Below, in pieces: positions 1-10,100 of a stretch of 64,000 bases of DNA (position 1 is its first letter; every line of letters starts with the position of its first letter). The notes below the pieces were generated by a model. That model made no database searches and was not told where the DNA came from. It saw nothing but the letters and a program-made list of their open reading frames with translations. The translations under genes were made by a program, and so were the position numbers. Origin of the DNA: an uncultured Clostridia bacterium. Its GTDB lineage: Bacteria; Bacillota; Clostridia; Christensenellales; UBA1242. The stretch spans positions 1,681-65,680 of the forward strand of contig CALWEW010000004.1 in the NCBI GenBank assembly GCA_944377415.1, given 5' to 3'.

Positions 1-2565
1 GGGAACTTTGTTTGGTGCGACACTTACAGCGGTTAGGTTAAGAGAGCGTGTAAGGCGCAGAGAATCGGGGTCGCTTGCTGGTTCGCCGAGTAGCCATATC
101 GGCATTTTGGGTTTGACTTCGCGAACAAGTTTTGTCGCAATTTCCAAAAGGTCAAAAACGCCGTGCGGGTCGAGAGTAAAGAAGGGGTCGCTATAAATAA
201 GGCTATCGGCGTAGTACTCGCGCAAGAATTTGCTACTGTCATCGCGGCTGAACCCGAAAGTAAACTGTGTTAAGTCGTTTGTACCAAAGCAGATAAAGTC
301 TGCTGTTTCGGCGATTTTGTCTGCAATTAGGCAAGCGCGCGGGGTTTCAATCATGCACCCGATTTGATAAGGGAAAGCAAATTTGACTTTTTCGAGCAAA
401 TTATTAGCAATTCGGCGAATTTGCCTTGAAATAGCCTCAAATTCTGGCACGATTGACACAAGCGGAACAACGAAATTAATATTTGGCATTTTCTTTGTGC
501 GGCGGCGAACTTCAATCGCTGCGTTGATTACTGCGGTAACCTGCATTTCGACGAGTTCGGGGAACAAAATTAGGAGCCTTGCACCACGCACACCGAGTTG
601 CGGGCTGGACTGCATAAGAGTATCTGCTGCTTCACGAATGCTTTCATAATTTAGGTTTAAATCGCGAGCGATTGCGCGAAGTGTATTTTGCGAACTTGGC
701 AAAAATTTATGGAAAGGCGGGTCCATCAGGCGCACATTTACAGTGCGGTCGCCGATTGCACTAAATAGCGCGACAAAGTCGGCGGTGTGGCCTTTTTGCA
801 TAGTTTTTAGTGAATTTTCTTTTAATTTTTTGTCAGGGGCTAATAGGAATTTACGCATCGCGGCAAGGCGGTCTTCGGTAAAGAACATATTTTCTGTTCT
901 CACGAGCCCGACACCGACAGCGCCGAGTTCTAGGGCGCGTTTTACTTTTGCAGGGGTTTCGGCATCTGCGTAAATAGGAATATTTGCGCTTGCGCGCGAC
1001 CACTCAATCAAAGTGCCTAGATTGCCTTTTAATTTGGGTTCGGTAAGGGGGAGAGCCTCGCCAAAAACAACCCCGCGAGTAGCATCAAGGCTGATTGTGT
1101 CGCCTTCGTGGTAGTTCATTCCGCCTAGTTTAATCGTGTGAGTATTTTCATTTATCGAAAGGCGTTTACAACTCGTGATACACGGAAGCGATTTTTTGCG
1201 GGCAGACAAAGCCGCGTGACAGGTTGCTCCGCCTGTCGTGGTAATTAGTCCACAAGCGGCAGCGATGCCTTCGGTGTCTTGGGCGTTCGTGCTTTCGCGA
1301 ATGAGAATTACGCGTTTGCCTTCGCCAGCGTACGAAAGTGCCATCGCGCTAGAAAGGGCGATAACTCCGCTAGCACAACCTGGGTAGGCGCAAAGGCCTT
1401 CGGCAAGCACGCGCGCGTAACTTTCGCGGTCGGCATCAAAGGTGGGCTGCAATAGGGTGTTTATACTGCTGGGCTTCACTCGCTGAATTGCAAGTTTGCG
1501 GTTTAAAATGTGTTCATTTGCCATTTCGACAGCGGCGCGAACGCTTGCCTCTGGGGTGCGTTTTGCTGTTTCAACTTGCATAATATAGACTTTGTTTGAC
1601 TGCAAGCAAAATTCAATCGTCATTACATCTTGGAAAAAGTGTTCGAGTTTGCGGCAACAGTCTTTGAGTTCGAGATAGACGGGCGGGTTTTCCTTTTTAA
1701 GTTCCGCCATGTCGTAGGTTACTTTTTGTGCGAGCATATTTTTGTCTTGCGAGCGGCGGATAAATTCGCCCGAAATCTCGTTTTCACCGTTCATTATATT
1801 GCGGGTGTGTGCGACACCGACACCGCTTTCCATGTCGTAATTTCCGTAAACCATTGCTTGAACGCTGACAGCGCAGCCGAGATTGTCATCAATATTGTTA
1901 ATACGGCGATATGAACGGGCTTGTTCACTGTTCCAACTGTTTAATCCTGCTTTTATTGCCTCGATTAATTGTGTGCGGACATCTTGAGGGAAGGCGGTTT
2001 TTGTGTCTTTTTTGTACATTTTTTTGAACTGCGAAATGATTTTTTGGAGCATTTCGGGTTCGGGAATTCCTGCATTTTCGATACGAATTTTGTTTTCGGC
2101 TTCGCGGTACTCGTCATAATTAAGCCCTGCGACTATTGTTGCATAATCGCGAATAAAGCGACAGTAAAGGTCCCAGCCAAACACAAGGTTTTTGGTTGCT
2201 CGGACAATACGCGAGGCGATTTCGTCATTTAAACCGATGTTTAAAACGGTTTTGGCAAGGCCTTTCATTTTTACGCTTGCGCCCGTGCGCATACTAAATA
2301 GGAGAGGGCTGTCGCCATCGCCGAGAGTTAGCCCGATTTCGCGCTCAATTCTTTTAACTGCACGCAAAATTTGCTCGAGCATATCGGTGGGCAACTCGCC
2401 GTCGTTTTCTATAACTTTGCGGCATGCTTCGGTCGTTATGTTAAACCCGACAGGAACGGGAATGCCCATTTGAGTCATTTGCGCGAGGTTGCCACCTTTG
2501 ATACCGAGAAGAGCAACATCGCCGACTCCGCCCTCGGTAAAATCAAACACATATTTTTTTGCCAT
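1..2565 (-). CDS. ppdK: Pyruvate phosphate dikinase homologue (3' end outside window; several active-site substitutions)
   Basis: Not in the ORF track because no stop falls in the window. Segments translated by hand from ATG 2565 are in one frame: MAKKYVFDFTEGG..LLGIKGGNLAQM..IPVPVGFNITTEAC, VQAMVYGN, GGATCHAA, GLVRTENMFF, VRLMDPPFHKFLP, MIETPRA, FGTNDLTQFTFGFSRDD. Confidence 0.92.
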   Translation of the reverse strand, partial: MAKKYVFDFTEGGVGDVALLGIKGGNLAQMTQMGIPVPVGFNITTEACRKVIENDGELPTDMLEQILRAVKRIEREIGLTLGDGDSPLLFSMRTGASVKMKGLAKTVLNIGLNDEIASRIVRATKNLVFGWDLYCRFIRDYATIVAGLNYDEYREAENKIRIENAGIPEPEMLQKIISQFKKMYKKDTKTAFPQDVRTQLIEAIKAGLNSWNSEQARSYRRINNIDDNLGCAVSVQAMVYGNYDMESGVGVAHTRNIMNGENEISGEFIRRSQDKNMLAQKVTYDMAELKKENPPVYLELKDCCRKLEHFFQDVMTIEFCLQSNKVYIMQVETAKRTPEASVRAAVEMANEHILNRKLAIQRVKPSSINTLLQPTFDADRESYARVLAEGLCAYPGCASGVIALSSAMALSYAGEGKRVILIRESTNAQDTEGIAAACGLITTTGGATCHAALSARKKSLPCITSCKRLSINENTHTIKLGGMNYHEGDTISLDATRGVVFGEALPLTEPKLKGNLGTLIEWSRASANIPIYADAETPAKVKRALELGAVGVGLVRTENMFFTEDRLAAMRKFLLAPDKKLKENSLKTMQKGHTADFVALFSAIGDRTVNVRLMDPPFHKFLPSSQNTLRAIARDLNLNYESIREAADTLMQSSPQLGVRGARLLILFPELVEMQVTAVINAAIEVRRRTKKMPNINFVVPLVSIVPEFEAISRQIRRIANNLLEKVKFAFPYQIGCMIETPRACLIADKIAETADFICFGTNDLTQFTFGFSRDDSSKFLREYYADSLIYSDPFFTLDPHGVFDLLEIATKLVREVKPKMPIWLLGEPASDPDSLRLTRSLNLTAVSVAPNKVP

Positions 2566-2671
2566 TTGTTTACCTTCTTTTTAAAATTCTAGTTTTAGTA
2601 TAACAAATCATGTGTCAAAATTCCAAATAAAAGCATAAAAAATTTTAAATTGCTTTTAAAAATTTTTTATG

Positions 2672-3097
2672 AATTAGCAATTAGCAGAAATAATCTTCAT
2701 ATCACTATTTGGTTTATCGAGCCGCCGTTTAAATTAATTAGCAATTAGCAATTAGCAATTAGCAATTATTGCGCCTTGCTACGCGCGGCGATTGCTTTTA
2801 AATAATTAGTAAAACTAATCGTCACATCACTGTTAGGTTTATCGAGCCGCCGCGAGCCACTCACATGTCTATTACTCTTTCTAGCGGCGGACTTTCCGCA
2901 TATTCCGTATGCTTCAAGGCAGCCGAAACCCATCATTTGTTATGCTCGTTACACTCGGCGATTATCTTATTTAATAATAATAAAATCGCACACAGTGCGG
3001 TGTGTGTGCGTACTTCAAATATCAAATTACACTATTATTTAAATAAATGCTCACGCAGTGCCTTAACTGCTCATTGCTCCTTGCTAATTGCTAATTT
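2672..3097. repeat. Intergenic mosaic of heptamer tandem repeats, a ~35-bp direct repeat and small GC-rich hairpins
   Basis: (AATTAGC)x4 at 2736-2763 with reverse-strand copies near 3063-3096; ATCACT..GGTTTATCGAGCCGCCG at ~2693-2727 and ~2817-2852; hairpins such as GCGCCTTGCTACGCGC. Confidence 0.8.
2888..2959 (+). repeat. ~72-bp REP/MITE-like element, copy 1
   Basis: CGGACTTTCCGCATATTCCGTATGCTTCAAGGCAGCCGA...GTTACACTCGGC; a closely similar inverted copy lies at 4466-4538. Confidence 0.85.
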
Positions 3098-3345
3098 TGC
3101 GGAAATTTTTCAAAATTTTCGCAACAGCCCTTATTTTGTTTGACTTTTAAACGCGGGTTAGTATAAAATGTTTGTGATATTCTTGTGTAAGAATATCCAG
3201 TTTTTAGAGATGTAAGCCGAGAACTGTTTTTAAGTCCCGTGAATTTTTTATGAAATTTAGGGATTTTCATTAGTTATTACGCTAAAATTTTCGAATAAAT
3301 CGTTAATTTTTGCTAAAAATAAAAGAGATTTAGGGAGGGCTTGTT

Positions 3346-4383
3346 ATGTTAGGTAGGTTCGCGACCGCGCGTTTCGGCGTGATTATGGGCACGGTGGTGG
3401 CTTTGTGTTTGATTGTCGCTCTTGTGTGCGTTTTCTGCTTGCCGCGCGATGCGGGAAACACAAATATGGCGCTTGATACTGACAATTCTGCTAGTGCTGA
3501 TATAGGTGTTGTTGATAATGGAAATGGTGGTTACACTGTACCTAGCGATAATGCGACACCAGAGCCTTATGTTTTAGAAGACATGGGACAAGGCACTGTT
3601 TACTGGGAGCAAAAAACTGACAACGGCACTTACTACGAATTGACCGCTGAAGCGGCTAGCGGGTATGCTTTTGGCTACTGGCAAACGAGTGCTGGAGTGA
3701 AAATTTCGGGCGATGAAACAATTCGCGTGCGTAGTTATACGACAGGTAATGCGGTGAGTGCTCGCGAGTATGTGCCTGTGTTTATTGCAAGCGCAAATGT
3801 GCATTATGTTTCTAACCTAAATGAAATTGTAACTTCTATTGCAAGTGTAGGAAATAATGGAAGCGGGCACATTTACATTTTAAGAAACGATATTGACACC
3901 GTTTCAGATAGCGCTAGTCCTATTACTACATTTAGTGGTGTGTTGGACGGTAATGGACACACGATTAATGCAATTTCGGTAAGCGGAAGTGAAGCAAGCC
4001 TCGGCGGAATTGTTGGGACTTTAAGCGGTGGCGTTATTAAAGATTTGACAATTCGTAGCGGTAGCGTATCGGGAACAGCGACAAGCGCTCAAAGCGTTGG
4101 TGCTTTTGCTGGTACAATTACTAGTGGACTTATTTCAAGATGTGTAAACCATGCTGCCGTTTCTGGTACTGCGACTGGTGTTGTTGCTGGAATTGTTGCA
4201 GTTGCGACAGGTAGCGCTCAAACAAGTGCTCTTTACTATAACGAAAACCACGGTTCTGTAATCGGTGGCTCGGTTGGTGCGATTGTGTTTACAAACACAG
4301 TTTCAGGCACAAGCAACCCGATTGCGTATTTGGTTAAAAATGTTTATGACGGCAGTTTCCAACTTACTACGGTAACTGCGTAA
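3346..4383 (+). CDS. N-terminally anchored surface protein (InlB B-repeat-like unit plus GLUG-type beta-helical region)
   Basis: RBS GGGAGG; hydrophobic N-terminus; LTAEAASGYAFGYW; FSGVLDGNGHTI..GGIVGTL..G.IKDL, VGAFAG, VAGIVA. Confidence 0.75.
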   Translation: MLGRFATARFGVIMGTVVALCLIVALVCVFCLPRDAGNTNMALDTDNSASADIGVVDNGNGGYTVPSDNATPEPYVLEDMGQGTVYWEQKTDNGTYYELTAEAASGYAFGYWQTSAGVKISGDETIRVRSYTTGNAVSAREYVPVFIASANVHYVSNLNEIVTSIASVGNNGSGHIYILRNDIDTVSDSASPITTFSGVLDGNGHTINAISVSGSEASLGGIVGTLSGGVIKDLTIRSGSVSGTATSAQSVGAFAGTITSGLISRCVNHAAVSGTATGVVAGIVAVATGSAQTSALYYNENHGSVIGGSVGAIVFTNTVSGTSNPIAYLVKNVYDGSFQLTTVTA

Positions 4384-4412
4384 AAAAAGTGTGTCTTCAT
4401 GACACACTTTTT
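4383..4412 (+). terminator. Intrinsic terminator
   Basis: AAAAAAGTGTGTC-TTCAT-GACACACTTTTTT directly after the stop codon. Confidence 0.8.
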
Positions 4413-4465
4413 TGAATTTTGAATTAGGAATTTTGCCTTGAAGTACCGCAAGGTACGGAAAGCCA

Positions 4466-4538
4466 GCCGCGTGTAACGAATATAGCAAGTGAGAGGCTCT
4501 CGGCTGCCTTAGAGCATACGGAGTATGCGGAAAGTCCG
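4466..4538 (-). repeat. ~72-bp REP/MITE-like element, copy 2 (inverted)
   Basis: Reverse complement CGGACTTTCCGCATACTCCGTATGCTCTAAGGCAGCCGAG...GTTACACGCGGC matches 2888-2959. Confidence 0.85.
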
Positions 4539-4675
4539 ACAATAGAACGAGATAAAACAAAAAGTGATGGGATACATGGCGGAACGGACAAACGAAATAA
4601 TGTGATAGTTATATTTATCTTTCGAATTAAGGCTTGCTTGCGCATAATATAATTAGATATTTCCCAGCACTAATT

Positions 4676-5305
4676 TTATGAAATTTTATTTTTCAAAATA
4701 TAGTTTGAAATTTTTAAAAAATTTTCATCAAAATTATATTTTTGTTGGTCGAGTTTAAGCCATGCGGCTGACCATGATTTATTTGTTTCAAGGGCGTTTT
4801 TGATTTCGGGAATTTGCAAAAATTTATTATTTTGTTGTTGTGTTAAATCTACGCAATTTTGTTCGTCATAGAGTTTACACTGAATGTCGCATTCAAGTTT
4901 GTCGCACTGATTTGCAAATTTTGCTTCGGGTGTTTTGTTTTCGTCAAATTCGAATATAATTTCTTTTATGGTTTCGGCGTTCGCTAGTTTATCAAGAATT
5001 TTCGCAACTGCTAAATGGCCTTTTTCTTTTTTATTTTCGGGCGTAATTTCCCATGTATTTAGGTCGCCGATTACAGTTTCTTCTAACTCATGAATTGCAA
5101 GCATTAGAATAACTTTTTTTAGGTCAATATCGTAACCAAATTCAGCGCACATCGCAATCGCGAGCATCTGTACACCGTATACATGTTCTGCGACACTTTC
5201 GAGGCGTTCGCGGCGTACATTCCAGTTTCTCCAGCCCGAGCGAATTACATCTTTTAATTTATTGCAAATTACATAAAATTCAATTACATGTTGTTCGTTG
5301 TTCAT
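4676..5305 (-). CDS. HD-domain phosphohydrolase (HD_3 / YfbR-like 5'-deoxynucleotidase family)
   Basis: KLKDVIRSGW..ESVAEH..HELEETVIGD..DKLE; start moved to MNNEQH (ATG 5305). Confidence 0.85.
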   Translation of the reverse strand: MNNEQHVIEFYVICNKLKDVIRSGWRNWNVRRERLESVAEHVYGVQMLAIAMCAEFGYDIDLKKVILMLAIHELEETVIGDLNTWEITPENKKEKGHLAVAKILDKLANAETIKEIIFEFDENKTPEAKFANQCDKLECDIQCKLYDEQNCVDLTQQQNNKFLQIPEIKNALETNKSWSAAWLKLDQQKYNFDENFLKISNYILKNKIS

Positions 5306-5468
5306 TTTAAACCCTATTTGACTAATCTCTTTGATATTTATAATTGTAATTTGATATTTGGTGCCATGCACATACTTTTGGCTACAAAATGACGAATTAA
5401 AGTGATAGTTTTTTACACCCTGTTTCACTCGACAATTTGATTATTAATTGCAAACTTGCACGAATTAG

Positions 5469-6911
5469 TTAGTATGCTTTTGCGAGATAGATTAGTTTGC
5501 CTTCGTCTTCTTTTAGCTTTTTGCCACAGCATGCGCAAGTGTCCGAAATGTGTTCTTGTTTAAAAGGCATATTGCGGGTAGTGATTGCGGTTTCGTCTTT
5601 TAAACGCTCTTCGCAAGCGCGGTCGCCACACCACATAGCGCGGGCAAAATTTCCGTCGTTCACTGCCTTTATTACTTCATCGCGCGTGTAACATGTAATG
5701 GTGTGCGCTTCTTTAAATTCTTTCGCGCGCTCAAGCATGTTGCGTTGAATCTCGTTTAATAAATCGCTAATTTGCGACACAATATCGCCGAGCGGAGTAG
5801 TTGTTTTTTCGTTTGTATCTCTGCGGAATACGGTCAAATTTCCGTTTTGCAGGTCTTTGGGGCCAAACTCAATTCGAATGGGCACGCCCTTCATTTCGTA
5901 TTCATTAAACTTCCAGCCAGGTGTTTGGTCGGAGTCGTCGACTTTGACGCGAATGCCAGCGCCTTTTAGTTTACTTTCCATGTCGCGAACGGCTTCCATT
6001 ACGCCTTCTTTTTGCGCGGCAATGGGAATGATTACAACTTGAATAGGAGCAACTTTCGGCGGCAAAACTAGTCCGCGTTGGTCGCCGTGTGTCATAATGA
6101 GTGCGCCGATTAGACGGGTGCTTGTGCCCCAACTCGTTTGATAGCAGTTTTTGTGTGTGCCGTCTTTATCCAAAAATTTAATGTCAAAAGCGCGACTAAA
6201 ATTTTGTCCGAGATAGTGGCTTGTGCCTGATTGCAACGCCTTTCCATCTTTCATAATGGCTTCGATTGAATATGTTGTTTCAGCGCCTGCAAATTTTTCT
6301 TTTTCTGTCTTTTGTCCTATGAACATAGGAATTGCGAGTACATTTTCACAAAATTCGCGATAAACTTCGAGCATTTCGAGAGTGTGTTCGCGAGCATCTT
6401 CTGCGGTTGCGTGGAGTGTGTGTCCTTCTTGCCACAAAAATTCACTTGTACGCAGGAAAGGACGGGTTGTTTTTTCCCAGCGCACGACATTACACCACTG
6501 ATTTACTTTAAAAGGCAAGTCGCGATATGATTGTATCCACTTTGAAAACATGTTACAAATAACCGTTTCACTTGTCGGGCGAACGACTATTTTTTCGGCT
6601 AGTTCTTCGCCACCAGCATAAGTAACGACCGCAACTTCGGGGGCAAAGCCCTCGACATGCTCGGCTTCTTTACTCAAATAACTGTACGGAATAAACAGCG
6701 GAAAATACGCGTTGTCTACTCCGTGCGCTTTTATGCGAGCATCCATTTCGCGCTGCATATTTTCCCAAACGGCGTACCCATAAGGGCGAATGACCATAGT
6801 ACCTTTTACGGGGCCATAGTCTGCCATTTCTGTTTTTAAAACGACATCAGTATACCACTGCGGAAAGTCCGTTTTCATGTCGGCAATTTTTTTTACAAAT
6901 TCATTGTTCAC
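5469..6911 (-). CDS. proS: Proline--tRNA ligase (archaeal/eukaryotic type)
   Basis: DFPQWY, RPTSET, QWCNVVRWE, RTSEFLWQEGHT, QSGTSHYLGQNF, C-terminal KAY. Confidence 0.97.
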   Translation of the reverse strand: MNNEFVKKIADMKTDFPQWYTDVVLKTEMADYGPVKGTMVIRPYGYAVWENMQREMDARIKAHGVDNAYFPLFIPYSYLSKEAEHVEGFAPEVAVVTYAGGEELAEKIVVRPTSETVICNMFSKWIQSYRDLPFKVNQWCNVVRWEKTTRPFLRTSEFLWQEGHTLHATAEDAREHTLEMLEVYREFCENVLAIPMFIGQKTEKEKFAGAETTYSIEAIMKDGKALQSGTSHYLGQNFSRAFDIKFLDKDGTHKNCYQTSWGTSTRLIGALIMTHGDQRGLVLPPKVAPIQVVIIPIAAQKEGVMEAVRDMESKLKGAGIRVKVDDSDQTPGWKFNEYEMKGVPIRIEFGPKDLQNGNLTVFRRDTNEKTTTPLGDIVSQISDLLNEIQRNMLERAKEFKEAHTITCYTRDEVIKAVNDGNFARAMWCGDRACEERLKDETAITTRNMPFKQEHISDTCACCGKKLKEDEGKLIYLAKAY

Positions 6912-7128
6912 TTTGATTCACCTTGAAAATATTTAAATTTATGAATAAATCATACCATATTTAGCGCAAAAAAACAATAATAAAATTAAATTATTTAAAT
7001 ACTTATAATTGAGAATTTATTGTGCATTTTTATGACATTTAAAAATATTTTTCTATTATTTATTTTTTTATTTGCTTTTATTTGATAATTTTCGTGCATT
7101 TTGCTAAACTATTATATAGTTTAGAGAG

Positions 7129-10100
7129 GTGTGGTATATGTATGATAGCATGAAAAGAGCAACCGCTTTAATAGTACTGTTCTTTTTATTCGTGTTAATC
7201 GTTGTTGGTGTTATTGTATTTTTTTCCTTGAAAGATGACGGAGAGCGCCCCGATACTGAATTGAATTTAAGCCTAGATGCTCGAGGCGGGGTGATTAGTG
7301 ATGCGGACGATTTTACACTGAATGACTACGGTTATTATGTAAAAGTTGTTCAACGCGGAGACTATTATGGTACGCTACCGACTGCCGAACGCGAAGGTTA
7401 CATATTTTTAGGTTGGAGTGAAGTCGTCGATGGCGAACTCATCGGCACACAAGATGTTATTGCTGCCGAAGACGACTTTATGCTGTATGCTGTCTATGAG
7501 TGGGTAGGAATCACCGTTTCATATACAGTTAGATATGTTGATACATATGGTGCTGAAATTGCGCAGTCGCTTGTAAGTACGGCAATTGAAGGCACAGAAG
7601 TCGAACTTCAACCGATTGAAATCACAGGTTATACTTTAAATACTGAACTTACGGACTTGACTCCGATTATAAATAGAAATCGCGTTTACGACATTATCTA
7701 CACACCTAATACTTATTATATTAATCTCGCAGTTAGTGATGAAATAGTTTATGCTGATAGTGTAGACTATGAATATAATTCGACTGTAACTTTGCCGAAT
7801 TTCAGTGAAATTTCATCAGTTGACGACCGCTTTAATCTTGTGGGCATGCATTTTGTCGGTTGGCAAGTCGGCGAAAACTTGATTGCTGACGGTGGCGAGA
7901 TAACCTTAAATGACATGTTGACACTTGGGCTCGATGCTTCGAATGTCGGCTCTGCTGTAAACCTAATTGCAGTTTATGAACCGAATGAATATCGCATAAA
8001 CTTCAATTCACAATGTGCGCAAGTTTATACCGCGCCAGCAGATTATAATGGGCTTCTTCCCGAACCGACATTTAATGTTCCAGACGGGTACGCATTTGTA
8101 GGGTGGTATTTAAGCGACACTGGTGCAACTGGTACAGATATTGCAGGTCAGCAACCGATTGACATGTCGAAATTTACCGTGCCAGCAAACGACCTTGAGT
8201 TGTACGCAGGTTACACTCTCTTGACTTATAGTATTACTTTACACTTGAATGGTGGACAATATCCAGCAGGAGAATCGAACCCGACAGAATACACTGTCGA
8301 AAGCGACTTTATCCTTGTTGCTCCCGAAAAGGTGGGTAGTACATTTGTTGGTTGGATAGGTGCAGGAATGACTGACCCCGTGCCTTCATTCCATGTGATT
8401 AATATGACAGGTAATATTGAATTATCTGCCGTTTACGAAGACGAAGTTTATACAATTGTATATAACCTTGATGGCGGAGATTTTGCAGGCTCAATTTGCC
8501 CGACAACTTACACGCAATCAAGCGCTGACATAGCAGTTACCGCGCCCGTTCGTGCTGGATACGAATTTATGGGTTGGACTGGCACAGATTTGAGTGCGCC
8601 AACTATTGACCTTGTGATTAGTCAAGGAAGCATGGGCAATCGCGAATACACTGCCACATGGCGAGCAGAAATTTATGACATTCATTATGTATTAAATAAT
8701 GGTAGCCTTAACACAACGCACAATACTTATACTGTCGAGGACGAGCCGTTTACCCTGAATATTCCTACTCGCGCGGGTTACGACTTTGTAGGTTGGTCTA
8801 TCGATGATAGCGAGCCTAACCCTTCATACATTTTTGTGCCGAGTGAGCATCTTGGTGATGTAACATTTACGGCCGTTTGGAGCGCAAGCGGATACGCGAT
8901 TAAATATGACTTTGCGGGCGGAAGTCAAGCGGCAGGCGGAAATTATCCTGACTCCTACACGACAGAAGAAAGCGTTACGCCAACTGACCCTGTGCGCGCT
9001 GGATACGACTTTACAGGGTGGACACTTTACAACGAACGCGGAACCGAACTTTTTGAAGACTACATCATTTTAGGTAGCACGGGTGAGCGCAGATTCGTGG
9101 CAAATTGGAGCCCGCGCACTGATACGAAATACACAGTAAATATCTTCCTTATGAACGAACTCGGTGAGTATTTAGATAGCCCAGATAGTAGCGAAACTCG
9201 CACAGGCACAACGGATACTTTGGTTACAGTTACGCCAGAGGATATTAGCGGATATATTACTCCTGAAAGCGAGCAAGTTACAATTCTAGGCGATGGCTCT
9301 GGTGTTGTAAACCTTTACTACGAACGAGTTCAATATACACTCACTATTGCGGGTAACGGTATCACAGCAATAGAAGAACAAGACTACTACCATGGTGCAA
9401 CTATTACAATTACTGCCGAATTACTCGATGGGTACGACTTTACAACATGGACACAAACTAGCGGTACAACAGTAGAATTAAGTATTGACGGCACAAGCGT
9501 AACATTCGTAATGCCCGAAAGCGCGGTAACACTTACAGCGACAACATCGACTATTCCGTACACTATTACTTATGATTTAGGCGAGGGCACAGTCGCTACA
9601 CCAAACCCGACTGAATACACTGTCGAAACTCCAACATTCACACTAAACAACCCGACCCGCGAAGGTTACATATTCACAGGCTGGACGGGCACAGGGTTAA
9701 GTAGCCCGACAATGACGGTTACAATTACAGTCGGCAGTACAGGCAACCGCTCGTATACTGCAAACTTCGAGCCTGCTCCAGTAGATTATACAGTCAACCA
9801 CTACTGGCAGAATATCGAGAATGACGAGTACACCTTACATGAAAGCATAACAGAGCAGGCGCAAGCAGGTAGTTCGGTAACTGCACCGCTTCAAGATTAC
9901 GAAGGCTTTAGCGCGCCCGCAACTCAACAAGTAACAGTGAACGCAGACGGTTCGAGTAGTGTAGATTACTACTACACGAGAAATAACTACACCGTAACTA
10001 TAGCCACGACGGACGATGGAATTTTATCGACAAGTGGCGCGGACACATACCGCTACGGCGCTACCGTAACTTTGAGCGCAGAAATGTATGAGTATTATAG

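Noticed and set aside
8-2592. Many short plus-strand ORFs
   Set aside because: Antisense shadows of the minus-strand ppdK-like frame.
2672-3097. Possible CRISPR array
   Set aside because: Only two copies of the ~35-bp repeat plus heptamer runs; no regular repeat-spacer pattern and no cas genes anywhere in the window.
2865-4645. Short ORFs sharing GLSAYSVC.KAAE (2865-3143 + and 4424-4645 -)
   Set aside because: The similarity comes from the non-coding inverted DNA repeat; no RBS or protein-like features.
6912-7128. T-box leader for proS (and similarly for gltX at 26588-27000)
   Set aside because: No T-box consensus or terminator/antiterminator recognisable; the regions are plain AT-rich.
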